Below are positions 1 to 9,776 of a stretch of 64,000 nt of DNA, in pieces. Each line of letters begins with the position of its first letter. Position 1 is the stretch's first letter. The notes beneath the pieces are model-generated. The model saw only the letters and a program-made list of their open reading frames with translations, ran no database searches and had not been told where the DNA came from. The position numbers and the translations under genes are program-made. Location of the stretch: NCBI GenBank assembly GCA_017632775.1, contig JAGBQR010000027.1, positions 5,416 to 69,415 on the forward strand, written 5' to 3'. Origin of the DNA: Oscillospiraceae bacterium. Its GTDB lineage: Bacteria > Bacillota > Clostridia > Oscillospirales > Oscillospiraceae.

Positions 1-115
1 CAGGAGGGGGGAAAGTACGCACCCTTCACGATTTAATCTATAAAAGAAAGCATACTATTCCCGCGGGGAGACTGTCAAGGCATATCAGGCGAACTTTTTG
101 TGAACTCTGCACTGC

Positions 116-144
116 TTGCCGTTTGCAGGTGCCTTTGCTATACT
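116..144 (+). promoter_or_regulatory. candidate sigma-A promoter of addBA: -35 TTGCCG, 17-nt spacer, -10 TATACT
   Basis: Hexamers read at 116-121 and 139-144, 36 nt upstream of the addB ATG. Sequence match only. Confidence 0.35.
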
Positions 145-179
145 GGAAAAAAAGAGTTCGATGGAAAGAGGAACTGCGC

Positions 180-3100
180 ATGCTGACGCTTCTGACGGGA
201 AAGGCCGGCTCGGGAAAGACCGCAGCTGTTCTGGGAAGAATACGCGAAAATGTGATAAAGAAGATTCCGGACAACATCCTTCTCGTTCCGGAGCAATACA
301 GTCATGAAGCGGAAAGGGAACTGGCCGGGATATGCCCGGATTCCATGAGTCTTTATGCGGAAGCGATGAGTTTTACAGGGCTCGCGCGGAGGCTTACGAC
401 GGAATACGGCGGCTCGGCGAAGCGGTATCTGGACGAGGGCGGAAAACTCCTCGCAATGGCACTCGCGCTGAGCGGATTCGGAAAAGAACTGCCCGGACTC
501 CGCGTTTTCGGCGGAAGCGAGGCGAAAGGCGAGACACAGGAGATGCTCCTCTCCACGGTGGAAGAACTGCAGGCCTCCGGGATCACAGCGGAGGATCTGC
601 TTGAAACGGCGGGGAGGGTCGATGCGCATCTTGCGGGGAAACTGCGGGAACTCGCCATGATCTGTGAACAATACACTGCCGTGGTGAGCAAAAGCGGAGC
701 GGAGAGTGCCGACCGGCTGACGGATCTGGCGCTGCTGATCCGTGACCGGGCCGCGGTAAAGGGCTGGCAGGTGTTCGTAGACGGTTTTTCCGATTTCACA
801 TCCTGCGAGACGGCAGTCCTGCAGGCCCTTCTCAAGGGAGGGGCGGATGTGACCGTGTGCCTGACCGCGGAAAGCCGGGAAACACAGAACGAGGTGTTTT
901 CCCTATCCCGTGCGACGGCGGTCCGGCTGCGCGGGGTCGCGGAAGGCGATCAGGTCGAGGTCCGGGAAGAATATGTGGCGGATGAGGCACGGGAGACAGC
1001 GGACAGGGATCCGGCGATCTCCGCCCTGGCGGAAAACGCGTTCCTGTATACGGACCGGGTCCTTTTCCCGCAGCCCGGATCGATCCGCCTTTACCGGTGC
1101 CGCTCAAAATACGCAGAGTGTGAATTCGCCGCGGCGGAAGCGCTTCGTTTCGTGCGGGAAGATGGCTGCCGATGGAGGGATGTCGCGGTCGCCGTCAGAG
1201 GATTTTCTGACTATGAACCGGTTTTGAAGCGGCTGTTCGAGCATTACGGGGTGCCGCTTTTCGTTTCCGAAAAGACAAGACTGTCCTCCCGTCCGCTGCC
1301 GGCGCTCCTTGCGGCTGCTTATGAGATCGCGTCGTCGCGGTGGGACAGGGAGAACGTCATCGCCTACATGCGTACCGGCATCACCGGACTCAGCCGTGAG
1401 GACTGCGATGAACTGGAGACCTATGTTTTCCGCTGGAAGCTGGATGAGCGGGCCTGGAGAAGAGCCGGCAGCTGGAAACAGCATCCGGAGGGATCCGGAA
1501 ACGCTTTTCAGGCGGAGGATAGCAGAAAACTGGAGAGGATCAACCGATCGGCGATAGCGCTTTCCGCTCCGCTCTGGGACTTTATCCGGGCGGCCGAAAA
1601 ATGCGGGGATGCCGCAGGACATGCAAAGATCCTGCGTGATCTGATGCAGGCGCTGGATCTCCCGGGACGCATGACGGAGATCTGCTCAAGGCTTGAGCAG
1701 GAGGGGAGACTGGAGGATTCCAGAGAATACCGGCGGGTCTGGGACCTGACCTGCGACGCGCTGGAACAGTGCGAAGCGGTGCTGGGAAACACCCGGATGA
1801 CGATGGAGGAATTCGGAGATCTTTTTATACGCATGCTCTCCAAGTATTCCTATGCGCGCATCCCGGCTTCGGTGGACCGGGTCTCCGCAGGAGATTTCGA
1901 TCGGATGCGCCGCCGCAATATCCGGCATCTGATCGTTCTGGGGGCTTCCGACGACAGGCTTCCGGGGGGGAACACAGGATCCGGCGTTTTTTCGGAAACG
2001 GAAAAAGAGCAGATGATCGAGGCGGGACTCGTACTGGGAGCAGGAGAGGAGGAGATCTGGCGCGAGATCACCCGGATCTATAACTGCCTTTCTCTTCCTT
2101 CCGCTTCCCTCACCCTGAGCTATGCTTCCCAGGATGCCGACGGAAACGCCCTGGAAGCGTCCCTGATCATGAAGCAGGCGGAACGCATGTTCGGGATCCG
2201 GATCGTGGAACCGGACCCGGAAGAACTCCGGCTCGCCGCGGTGGAACCTGCGTTTTCAATGGCTGCGAACGCAGATTCCCTGAACTCGGCTCCGGCCAGA
2301 GCGGCGGAACGCTTCTTTGAGGCGACGGCTCCTGCCAGGCTGGAGGCGGTCCGCCGCGCGGCGGTGATGCCGCGCGGACAGCTGACTCCTTCCGTGGCGC
2401 AGAAACTCTATGGAAGGGAAACGACGCTTTCCGCTTCCAGGGCCGATACCTTTGCCGGATGTAAATTCGCCTATTTCTGCCGGTACGGACTCCGGGCCCG
2501 GCCCTATGAAACGGAGGAACTCCGTCCGAACGACATCGGCAGCTTCATGCACAGGATATTCGAGCAGACGGCCATCAGCGTCCGGGAGGAGGGCGGTTTC
2601 AGGAAGATCACGGACGAACGCCTCCTGGAGCTGGCGGACCGGCATATCGATGAATATATCCGGACGGAACTGCAGGATTTTGAAGAGAAGTCGGCGCGCT
2701 TCACGTTCCTGTTCCGCCGCCTGCGGGAAGATGTGCGGGAGATCCTGCTGGATATGGCGGAGGAACTCAGGAAGTCGGACTTCCAGCCGCTGGATTTCGA
2801 ACTGGATATCCGCGGAACGGAAGGGATCGAACCTTATCGTGTGCGCTGCGGTGACCGGACCGTCACGCTCTCGGGAATAATCGACCGGGTGGACGGCTGT
2901 GAGAAGGATGGAAAACTCTATCTTCGCGTGGTGGATTACAAGACCGGGAAAAAGAAGTTCCGGCTCTCGGATGTCTGCTACGGAACGAATCTCCAGATGC
3001 TGCTGTACCTGAATGACCTGAAAAGGACCGGGAAAAAGCGTTACGGAAAAGAACCGGTCCCTGCGGGGATCATGTATCTTCCGGCCAGGAACGACATCCA

Positions 3101-3569
3101 GCAGGTCAAAAGGGAGGATGATCCGAACGCGGAAAAAAGGGAACGGGAGGCAAGACGCAGAAGCGGGCTCGTTCTGGATGATGAGCAGCTTCTCGAAGCC
3201 TGGGAAAACGGACCGGACAAGATATTCATCCCGATGGAAAAGAAAAAGGGCGGCACGGGGGAGACGCTGGTGAGTGAGGAAAACCTGGAACTCCTCGCCG
3301 CCAAGGTGGACCGCACGCTTTCGGAGATGGCGGACAGTATCGCACGCGGGGAGATCACGGCAGATCCCTTATACAGCGGCGAGAGCGAAAACGCCTGCGT
3401 CTACTGCGATTATAAAAACCAGTGCGGGTTCCGGGACGGCGAACACGATGAGGTGTTCCGGAGACGCGTGAATCTGAATGCGGAAGAGGTCTGGGCAAGG
3501 CTGAATGAAGAACTCGGAAGAGAGCACGGAAAGGAGAAGGAGCATGGCGAAACCGAAAGCAACGGCTGA
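180..3569 (+). CDS. addB: ATP-dependent helicase/deoxyribonuclease subunit B (AddB/RexB)
   Basis: ORF 123-3569. Walker A LTGKAGSGKT follows the ATG at 180. The C-terminal nuclease region has GCKFAYFC plus CVYCDYKNQC, the AddB Fe-S Cys pattern. The 3-prime end overlaps addA. Confidence 0.88.
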   Translation: MLTLLTGKAGSGKTAAVLGRIRENVIKKIPDNILLVPEQYSHEAERELAGICPDSMSLYAEAMSFTGLARRLTTEYGGSAKRYLDEGGKLLAMALALSGFGKELPGLRVFGGSEAKGETQEMLLSTVEELQASGITAEDLLETAGRVDAHLAGKLRELAMICEQYTAVVSKSGAESADRLTDLALLIRDRAAVKGWQVFVDGFSDFTSCETAVLQALLKGGADVTVCLTAESRETQNEVFSLSRATAVRLRGVAEGDQVEVREEYVADEARETADRDPAISALAENAFLYTDRVLFPQPGSIRLYRCRSKYAECEFAAAEALRFVREDGCRWRDVAVAVRGFSDYEPVLKRLFEHYGVPLFVSEKTRLSSRPLPALLAAAYEIASSRWDRENVIAYMRTGITGLSREDCDELETYVFRWKLDERAWRRAGSWKQHPEGSGNAFQAEDSRKLERINRSAIALSAPLWDFIRAAEKCGDAAGHAKILRDLMQALDLPGRMTEICSRLEQEGRLEDSREYRRVWDLTCDALEQCEAVLGNTRMTMEEFGDLFIRMLSKYSYARIPASVDRVSAGDFDRMRRRNIRHLIVLGASDDRLPGGNTGSGVFSETEKEQMIEAGLVLGAGEEEIWREITRIYNCLSLPSASLTLSYASQDADGNALEASLIMKQAERMFGIRIVEPDPEELRLAAVEPAFSMAANADSLNSAPARAAERFFEATAPARLEAVRRAAVMPRGQLTPSVAQKLYGRETTLSASRADTFAGCKFAYFCRYGLRARPYETEELRPNDIGSFMHRIFEQTAISVREEGGFRKITDERLLELADRHIDEYIRTELQDFEEKSARFTFLFRRLREDVREILLDMAEELRKSDFQPLDFELDIRGTEGIEPYRVRCGDRTVTLSGIIDRVDGCEKDGKLYLRVVDYKTGKKKFRLSDVCYGTNLQMLLYLNDLKRTGKKRYGKEPVPAGIMYLPARNDIQQVKREDDPNAEKREREARRRSGLVLDDEQLLEAWENGPDKIFIPMEKKKGGTGETLVSEENLELLAAKVDRTLSEMADSIARGEITADPLYSGESENACVYCDYKNQCGFRDGEHDEVFRRRVNLNAEEVWARLNEELGREHGKEKEHGETESNG

Positions 3570-6500
3570 ACAGCTCGAGGCTATGAAGCCATGCAGCAAC
3601 GCGCTTCTTGTTTCGGCGGGAGCCGGAAGCGGAAAGACCTGGGTGCTGACACAGCGTATCCTGCGTGCGATAGCGCCGGAGGACAGAAATGAGAAGCCGG
3701 CGGATATCACAGACTTTCTGGTGATCACGTATACCCGTGCTGCTGCAGCCCAGCTGAAAGCGCGCATAAGCGAAGGGCTTTCGGAACTGACGGCTCTGGA
3801 AAGCTCCTCGCCGGAACCGGACAGAAAAAGGCTGGCGCATCTGCGCAAACAGACAGCCCTGATCGGGCGTGCGCAGATCAGCACGATCCATTCTTTCTGC
3901 GCCGACCTTCTGCGGGAGTTCGGCATGACGGCAGGGATCCGGCCGGATTTCCGCATCATCGAGGAGGAGCGGGCAGAGCAGATGAAACACGCGGCCCTGG
4001 ACAGAGTCCTCGAAGAACACTACGCGGAGCCGGAAAAGTTTCCGGGTTTCCAGGCTCTCACCGAGACGCTCGGCCGGGGACGGGACGACCGGAAACTGGT
4101 GCAGCTCGTCACGGACCTGGACACAAGACTCCAGAGCCAGGCATATCCTGCCCGATGGGTGGAGCGTCAGAAAGCGCTGCTGCGGCGGGACTGGCAGGAT
4201 CTGTCCGATTCGCCGTGGGGAAAGGAAGTCCTTTCCCACATGCTCCCGAAGATCCGGATATGGACCGGAAAGATGCGGAGCGCTCTCCGGGAGATCGAAG
4301 AAGAGGCGGGACCGGTCTGCGCCAACTACAGGGACAGCTTTGCCGGAACACTGGAGAGGATGGAGGCACTGTCCAGGGCGGCAGATACGGACAATAACGG
4401 GAACTGGGAAGAGATCCGGAAGGCACTGCCGGTCCCCTATCCGAGACTTGGCGCGAAAAAAGTGGAGGATACCGCCTTTCGCGACAGGATGAAGGCGATC
4501 CGCGAAGGGTGCAGGAATTTCACCGATCGGCTGCCGGACGTTTTTTCCGTAGAGCCGGAGAAGGTGCTCGCGGATATCCGCGAGACGGCCCCCGCGCTGG
4601 AAGCCCTAATGGATCTGACGCTGGATTTCGAAGCGGAATACGGACGGGAAAAGCGCCGTAAGGCTCTGATGGACTTCACCGATCTGGAGCATGCCGCGGC
4701 GCAGATGCTGACCGGCGGGAATGGACCTTCGGCTCTGGCCGGGAGTGTTTCCGGCCGGTACAGGGAGATTCTGGTAGACGAATACCAGGACGTGAGTCCT
4801 GTGCAGGAGATCATCTTTGAAGCAATCTCCCGTAAGGGAGAGAATCTTGTCATGGTGGGAGACATCAAACAGTCCATTTACCGCTTCCGCCTGGCGGAAC
4901 CCGCGATTTTCAACCGGAAATACGACGCTTTCCGGCATTACAGGGAAGCGAAGGAGGGAGAAGCACGCCGGATCCCCATGAAGGCGAATTTTCGCTCCAG
5001 AAGAGAGATCATCGCGGCTGTGAACAGCATTTTCCGCACCTGCATGAGCCGGGAACTGGGAGATGTGGACTATCTGCAGCCGGATCACCAGCTGGATGCG
5101 GAAGCAAGCTATAACGGAGAGGGAGAAAAGCCGCAGCTCGTCCTGTTCGGGTTTCCTTCCGCGGCAGAGCGCAAAGAGACGGGAAGCGGACGAAAAGACC
5201 GTGAAGCGGCGTGGGTGGCAGGAGAGATCAGCCGCCTGATGCGCAGCGGAATGACCGTGAAAGACGGGGAGGAGGAGAGGCCTCTCCGCTGGTCGGATGT
5301 GGCGATCCTGCTGCGTTCATTCAAAACAAATGAAGCGGTTTTCCGCAGGGAACTGGAGAGAGCGGGGATCCCGGTCGTCTCCGCCGCAGGCACGGACCTT
5401 TATGCGGAGCCGGAAACGGCATTTCTGATGAACATGCTTTCCATCGTGGATAATCCGCACAAGGATGTGCCGCTGCTGGCCCTGCTCCGTTCACCGGCCT
5501 TCGGCTTCACGGCGGATGAACTGGCGGAGATACGGATGAGCGACCGGGAAAACGACCTTTTCAGCGCTCTTTCCGCTGCAGCCGGGAAAAACGAGAAGTA
5601 CGCCGGATTCATCCGGATGCTGGAGAGTTACCGGTCCTCCGTCCCGGATATACAGGTAAGCGAGCTGCTATGGCGGATCATATGCGAACAGGATCTCGTG
5701 GCAGTCTCCTCGGCAATGGGGGAAGGGGAGCAGCGACGGGACCGGATCCTGAATTTCATCGAACTCTGCAGCCGCTTCGAGGAAAGTGACAGCCGCGGAC
5801 TCCATTCCTTTCTTGAATGGCTTGAGCTGATGAACGACCGGGAACAGATCCCCAGCATCGTATCAGGACACGCAAACGGCGTCTCACTGCTCACGGTGCA
5901 CCGGTCGAAAGGACTTGAATACCCTGTGGTGTTCGTCTCGGGCACGGGATCGGAGTTCAACAGAAAAGACTACAGCGGCAGTGTCCTCGTCGATCCGGAG
6001 ATCGGACTGGGGAGCAGAAAGGTGGACCGCAGACGAAAAATCGAGTATCCGACACTTGCCCGCACAGCCATTGAAGAGAAAATACGGCGGGAGACTCTTT
6101 CCGAGGAGATGCGGCTGCAGTATGTGGCGCTCACCCGGGCAAAGGAGCGGCTGTATATAACCGGGAGCGCCGCATCCCCGGAAACGCTGCTGGAGAAAGC
6201 CGCGCTCAGCATCGGAGAGGGCGACCCCGATCCGGAATACCTCTCCGGAGCGGCCTCCGCGCTGCAGTGGTACGCGGCCGCGGCCGTCATGGACAGAGAG
6301 AGGACTTTCCATATCCGGATCGTTCCGCCTGAAACGGAAGATAAGCAGGAAACTGTTTCCGTGGAAGAGAGGGAAACGCCGGCCGGGGAGGAGATCCTTC
6401 GGCTGGAGCAGAAACTGCGGGAGAATCTCGCCGCGGTCTATCCGTACGGAGAAGCGGCGGCGCTTCCGTCCAAGATCACAGCGACGGAACTGAAAGGTCT

Positions 6501-7140
6501 CCGGAGCGAGCCGGAAGAGGATGAGGAAGCTGTGCGGATGACAGCCTCTGCGGAACAGAAGGCTTACAGCTTCCCGCTGCCTGTTTTCGGAAAGAAGGAC
6601 CGGGTGCTCAGCGCTGCAGAGCGCGGTACGGCGACGCACACACTGCTTCAGCACCTGAACTGGTCCCTGATCCCGGAGGAGAGTGAGATCCGCAGGGAGA
6701 TCGAAAGGGTGAAAGCGGAAGGTTTCCTGAGCACGGAAGAAGCCGCGGCCATCGATATCCGGACTGTGCAGCATCTGGCCGCATCCTCTCTCGGACGAAG
6801 GACAGCGGCGGCCTTTCAAAGGGGATCGCTGCAGCGGGAGTTTCGTTTCTCCCTTCTGGTGGACGCCGGCCGGCTTCTTGATACAGCGGCCAGGGAACAG
6901 ATCCTGCTCCAGGGTGTGGTCGACTGCTTCTTCGAAGAAGAAGACGGGATCGTTCTCGTGGACTATAAAACGGACCGTGTTTATGATGAGGATGCGATCC
7001 GCGAGCGGGCGGAGCATTACCGCGACCAGCTCGAAGCCTATGCGGACGCGCTGGCCAGGATCACAGGAAAACCGGTAAAGGAGCGCATTCTCGTCTTTTT
7101 GGAGCCGGGACGTGAGATCCGACTGGAAAACCGTGGATAA
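3544..7140 (+). CDS. addA: ATP-dependent helicase/nuclease subunit A (AddA)
   Basis: UvrD-like helicase with Walker A VSAGAGSGKT. C-terminal RecB-type nuclease motif GVVDCFFEEEDGIVLVDYKTD. ATG 3544 (MAKPKATAEQ) overlaps addB by 26 nt. Confidence 0.9.
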   Translation: MAKPKATAEQLEAMKPCSNALLVSAGAGSGKTWVLTQRILRAIAPEDRNEKPADITDFLVITYTRAAAAQLKARISEGLSELTALESSSPEPDRKRLAHLRKQTALIGRAQISTIHSFCADLLREFGMTAGIRPDFRIIEEERAEQMKHAALDRVLEEHYAEPEKFPGFQALTETLGRGRDDRKLVQLVTDLDTRLQSQAYPARWVERQKALLRRDWQDLSDSPWGKEVLSHMLPKIRIWTGKMRSALREIEEEAGPVCANYRDSFAGTLERMEALSRAADTDNNGNWEEIRKALPVPYPRLGAKKVEDTAFRDRMKAIREGCRNFTDRLPDVFSVEPEKVLADIRETAPALEALMDLTLDFEAEYGREKRRKALMDFTDLEHAAAQMLTGGNGPSALAGSVSGRYREILVDEYQDVSPVQEIIFEAISRKGENLVMVGDIKQSIYRFRLAEPAIFNRKYDAFRHYREAKEGEARRIPMKANFRSRREIIAAVNSIFRTCMSRELGDVDYLQPDHQLDAEASYNGEGEKPQLVLFGFPSAAERKETGSGRKDREAAWVAGEISRLMRSGMTVKDGEEERPLRWSDVAILLRSFKTNEAVFRRELERAGIPVVSAAGTDLYAEPETAFLMNMLSIVDNPHKDVPLLALLRSPAFGFTADELAEIRMSDRENDLFSALSAAAGKNEKYAGFIRMLESYRSSVPDIQVSELLWRIICEQDLVAVSSAMGEGEQRRDRILNFIELCSRFEESDSRGLHSFLEWLELMNDREQIPSIVSGHANGVSLLTVHRSKGLEYPVVFVSGTGSEFNRKDYSGSVLVDPEIGLGSRKVDRRRKIEYPTLARTAIEEKIRRETLSEEMRLQYVALTRAKERLYITGSAASPETLLEKAALSIGEGDPDPEYLSGAASALQWYAAAAVMDRERTFHIRIVPPETEDKQETVSVEERETPAGEEILRLEQKLRENLAAVYPYGEAAALPSKITATELKGLRSEPEEDEEAVRMTASAEQKAYSFPLPVFGKKDRVLSAAERGTATHTLLQHLNWSLIPEESEIRREIERVKAEGFLSTEEAAAIDIRTVQHLAASSLGRRTAAAFQRGSLQREFRFSLLVDAGRLLDTAAREQILLQGVVDCFFEEEDGIVLVDYKTDRVYDEDAIRERAEHYRDQLEAYADALARITGKPVKERILVFLEPGREIRLENRG

Positions 7141-7145
7141 AACAC

Positions 7146-7174
7146 TTGCATTCCGTCTGCCGATATGCTAGAAT
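7146..7174 (+). promoter_or_regulatory. candidate sigma-A promoter of rpmE: -35 TTGCAT, 17-nt spacer, TGn-extended -10 TAGAAT
   Basis: Hexamers at 7146-7151 and 7169-7174, with TGC immediately 5-prime of the -10. Confidence 0.45.
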
Positions 7175-7244
7175 CCTTTTTGCGTCTTGTAACTATGTCC
7201 TGTACGGGCACAATCAAGACAGCCTTTGATGAGGAGAATCAGCC

Positions 7245-7445
7245 ATGAAGGAAGGAATCCATCCCAACTATCAGCAGACCACTATCCGGTGCGCATGCGG
7301 CGCTGTCATCGAGACAGGCTCCACCAAGCAGAACATCACCGTTGAAATCTGCTCCAAATGCCACCCGTTCTACACCGGCAAGCAGAAGCTGGTCGACACC
7401 AGCGGCCGTGTGGATAAGTTCAACAGGAAATACGGTCTCAAGTAA
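7245..7445 (+). CDS. rpmE: 50S ribosomal protein L31 (zinc-ribbon form)
   Basis: 66 aa, [10 protein letters not shown]...CACG...[22 protein letters not shown] upstream. Confidence 0.95.
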   Translation: MKEGIHPNYQQTTIRCACGAVIETGSTKQNITVEICSKCHPFYTGKQKLVDTSGRVDKFNRKYGLK

Positions 7446-7462
7446 GGATAGATGCAAAAGAC

Positions 7463-7489
7463 AGGTCCGCGCCGTTCCGGCGCGGACCT
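7463..7489 (+). terminator. hairpin terminator after rpmE
   Basis: Perfect 12-bp arms AGGTCCGCGCCG / CGGCGCGGACCT with a tiny loop, followed by TTTGCC. The U-tract is weak. Confidence 0.5.
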
Positions 7490-7639
7490 TTGCCGTCTGC
7501 GGGGATGCAGAAGGCAGGGGGACTGAATAATCCGGAAAAACCCGAATTGTGGATTTACAAATAAAAAACAGAGGTGTAAAATAAAAAACGTCGAAACCGT
7601 TGGGAATACAGGCATGGAACCAAAAAAGGAGATCAGAAG

Positions 7640-8116
7640 ATGGATAACAGGATCGAAGCGGAAAAGAATATTATCGAGATTTACGATAAAATGAAACTGA
7701 TGTCCTATCGGGGCATCTTCGATGTGATCCGGGAGCGGGAGGGATCCCTGTCCGCCATGGAAGCGTTCTCCCTGGAAGTGATCCGCATGCTCGGACGGCC
7801 CACGGTCGGTGAATTCGCCGATTTTCTGAATATCTCACAGTCGAATGCGACGTATAAAGTGAACTGCCTGATCAAAAAAGGCTATATCGAAAGGGAAAAC
7901 TCCAGCGTTGACCGGAGAGAGTATCATCTGGTCCTTTCCCAGAAATTCTATGACTATAAACGGTATATGAATTCCTATGAAAACACCGTGATCGAACGGA
8001 TCGGCGAGCGTTTTACGGATGCTGAGCTGGAAGCGCTCGCAGGCTTCCTGAGGACGATCAACCATGAACTCATGCCTGAGTGTGACGGGATCGTTGCCGA
8101 ACGGGAAGACAGGTAG
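7640..8116 (+). CDS. MarR-family transcriptional regulator
   Basis: 158 aa with a winged-HTH pattern: EFADFLNISQSNATYKVNCLIKKGYIERENSSVDRREYHLVLS. Confidence 0.8.
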   Translation: MDNRIEAEKNIIEIYDKMKLMSYRGIFDVIREREGSLSAMEAFSLEVIRMLGRPTVGEFADFLNISQSNATYKVNCLIKKGYIERENSSVDRREYHLVLSQKFYDYKRYMNSYENTVIERIGERFTDAELEALAGFLRTINHELMPECDGIVAEREDR

Positions 8117-8139
8117 AAAGTCCCCCGCGGACAGAGAAT

Positions 8140-8190
8140 GAAAGAAAAAGAGAGGGAAGAACACACGGTTCTTCCCTCTCTTTTTCTTTC
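8140..8190. terminator. bidirectional terminator between the convergent marR-like and MFS genes
   Basis: Perfect 23-bp arms GAAAGAAAAAGAGAGGGAAGAAC / GTTCTTCCCTCTCTTTTTCTTTC with a 5-nt loop. A/T runs lie on both sides. Confidence 0.7.
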
Positions 8191-8198
8191 GGGAACGG

Positions 8199-9620
8199 TC
8201 AGTCGTCCTCGCCGAGAGCTTCCAGCCCTTTGGCATTGGCGACCTTGCTTGCCTTGATGTTTTTCACAAGCAGCGTAAAGACGGTGCAGCTGCAGGCTGT
8301 GAGGATGCAGGCGTACACGGGCAGGGCGCGCCAGGCACTGCTCATGTTCAGCACGAGACCGAGAAGCACCGGGGTGACCGTCTGCGCAGACATGCTGGCG
8401 GCATAATAATATCCGGTGAAGCGACCGATCTTTTTGGATGAGCAGAGTTCCACCACCATCGGGAAGGAGCAGTTGTGCACAAGGGCCATTCCGAATCCCT
8501 TCAGGACCCAGACAGCATAGAGCAGCACCGGGAAGCTGAATTCCCCGTGCTCGCCGACAGCCTTGTGCGTGGGCGTTACGAAGCACATCAGCAGCAGGCC
8601 GGCAAAAGTGATCATCAGACCGGTCGAAATGGTCCATTTGCGCCCGATCCGGTCCGCGATCCCGCCGGCGATGGCAAAGCCGACAACGGAGGCGAGACCG
8701 CCCAGGATGGTGAGGATCATGGTCGCACTGGAAGCGGACTGCAGGTGATAGATCACGTAGTTTCCGATATAGGTCCCGAGCGCGTTGTCGCTCATGAACC
8801 AGAGGAATTCCGCGCCGAGGATGGCCAGCAGCATGTTGCGGTTGGCGCGGCTCATGGGCTTGTCATCATCGATGGGCGTTTCCACCGCGGCCAGACGCTC
8901 GCCTTCCTCCAGTTCCTCCCGGAGTTCCTCCGCCAGCTTGTTCTCTTTGATGGTGGAGAAAAGGACCAGTGCGGAGATGACCATCAGAACGGAAGCGATG
9001 ATGAAGGGCAGTTCGATGGTCCAGATATTCCGTTCGGCGGCGGGGGAGTTGATGTAGCGGCTGAGCACACAGACAAGGCCGAGCACCGTGGCAAAGGCAC
9101 CGCCGAAGTATCCCATGATATTGATGATGCCGTTTGCCTTCGCGCGGAGAGGCTTGGGGGTGATATCCGGCATGAGGGAAACGGCGGGATTGCGGTACAT
9201 CATCATGAAAATGAGGACGACAGCCATCATTGCCACCATGCCGGCGATGTTATTGGTGTGGAAGAAAACAGGAATGAAAGGAAATGCGACCGCGGAAACG
9301 AAAGTGCCTATCAGGATATAGGGCATGCGCTTGCCGATGGGGGTTTTCGTCCGGTCGGACAGGTTGCCGAAAATCGGCAGCAGGATCAGAGCGGCCAGAT
9401 TATCGCAGGCCATGATGATGCCCACGATCCACTGCACGTTGAGGATCTTTGCGGGATCACTGGCTTTCAGCTCCGCAGAGGTCATTTCGTAGATGTTCCG
9501 GGCGAAGATATCCGTAAGGAAAGTCGGACACCAGGAATCGTAGACCTGCCAGAGAAGAAGGATGCCGAAGAAGGCAAAGCCGATCAGCGCGGTCCGCTTA
9601 ACATTCAGCTTCAGAGTCAT
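8199..9620 (-). CDS. MFS transporter (sugar/GPH-SLC45-like)
   Basis: Polytopic hydrophobic protein with MFS motif-A-like loops GNLSDRTKTPIGKRMPY and GGIADRIGRKWTI. ATG at 9620 (MTLKLNVKRTAL). The ORF-track start at 9758 is an upstream extension. Confidence 0.8.
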   Translation of the reverse strand: MTLKLNVKRTALIGFAFFGILLLWQVYDSWCPTFLTDIFARNIYEMTSAELKASDPAKILNVQWIVGIIMACDNLAALILLPIFGNLSDRTKTPIGKRMPYILIGTFVSAVAFPFIPVFFHTNNIAGMVAMMAVVLIFMMMYRNPAVSLMPDITPKPLRAKANGIINIMGYFGGAFATVLGLVCVLSRYINSPAAERNIWTIELPFIIASVLMVISALVLFSTIKENKLAEELREELEEGERLAAVETPIDDDKPMSRANRNMLLAILGAEFLWFMSDNALGTYIGNYVIYHLQSASSATMILTILGGLASVVGFAIAGGIADRIGRKWTISTGLMITFAGLLLMCFVTPTHKAVGEHGEFSFPVLLYAVWVLKGFGMALVHNCSFPMVVELCSSKKIGRFTGYYYAASMSAQTVTPVLLGLVLNMSSAWRALPVYACILTACSCTVFTLLVKNIKASKVANAKGLEALGEDD

Positions 9621-9696
9621 AGGTTTGTCCTTTCTGTTGAGTTTTGTTTCGGGTAATCCGATTTTACAATATTTCCCCGGTTCCAGCAACTGAAAA

Positions 9697-9726
9697 TTGA
9701 CGGCCCTGTGCATGAAGTGATATGAT
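9697..9726 (+). promoter_or_regulatory. candidate sigma-A promoter of the GDPD gene: -35 TTGACG, 18-nt spacer, TGn-extended -10 TATGAT
   Basis: Hexamers at 9697-9702 and 9721-9726. Confidence 0.4.
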
Positions 9727-9776
9727 GGATACAAGCAGAAAAAAGAAACCGGAATCAAAAGGGAGGATGGAATTCC

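Noticed and set aside
7640-8116. The MarR gene as a separately acquired AT-rich gene (20/60 G+C at 7641-7700).
   Set aside because: Only the first part is AT-rich and the rest approaches backbone composition. A single regulator gene with no flanking repeats or mobility signatures is insufficient evidence.
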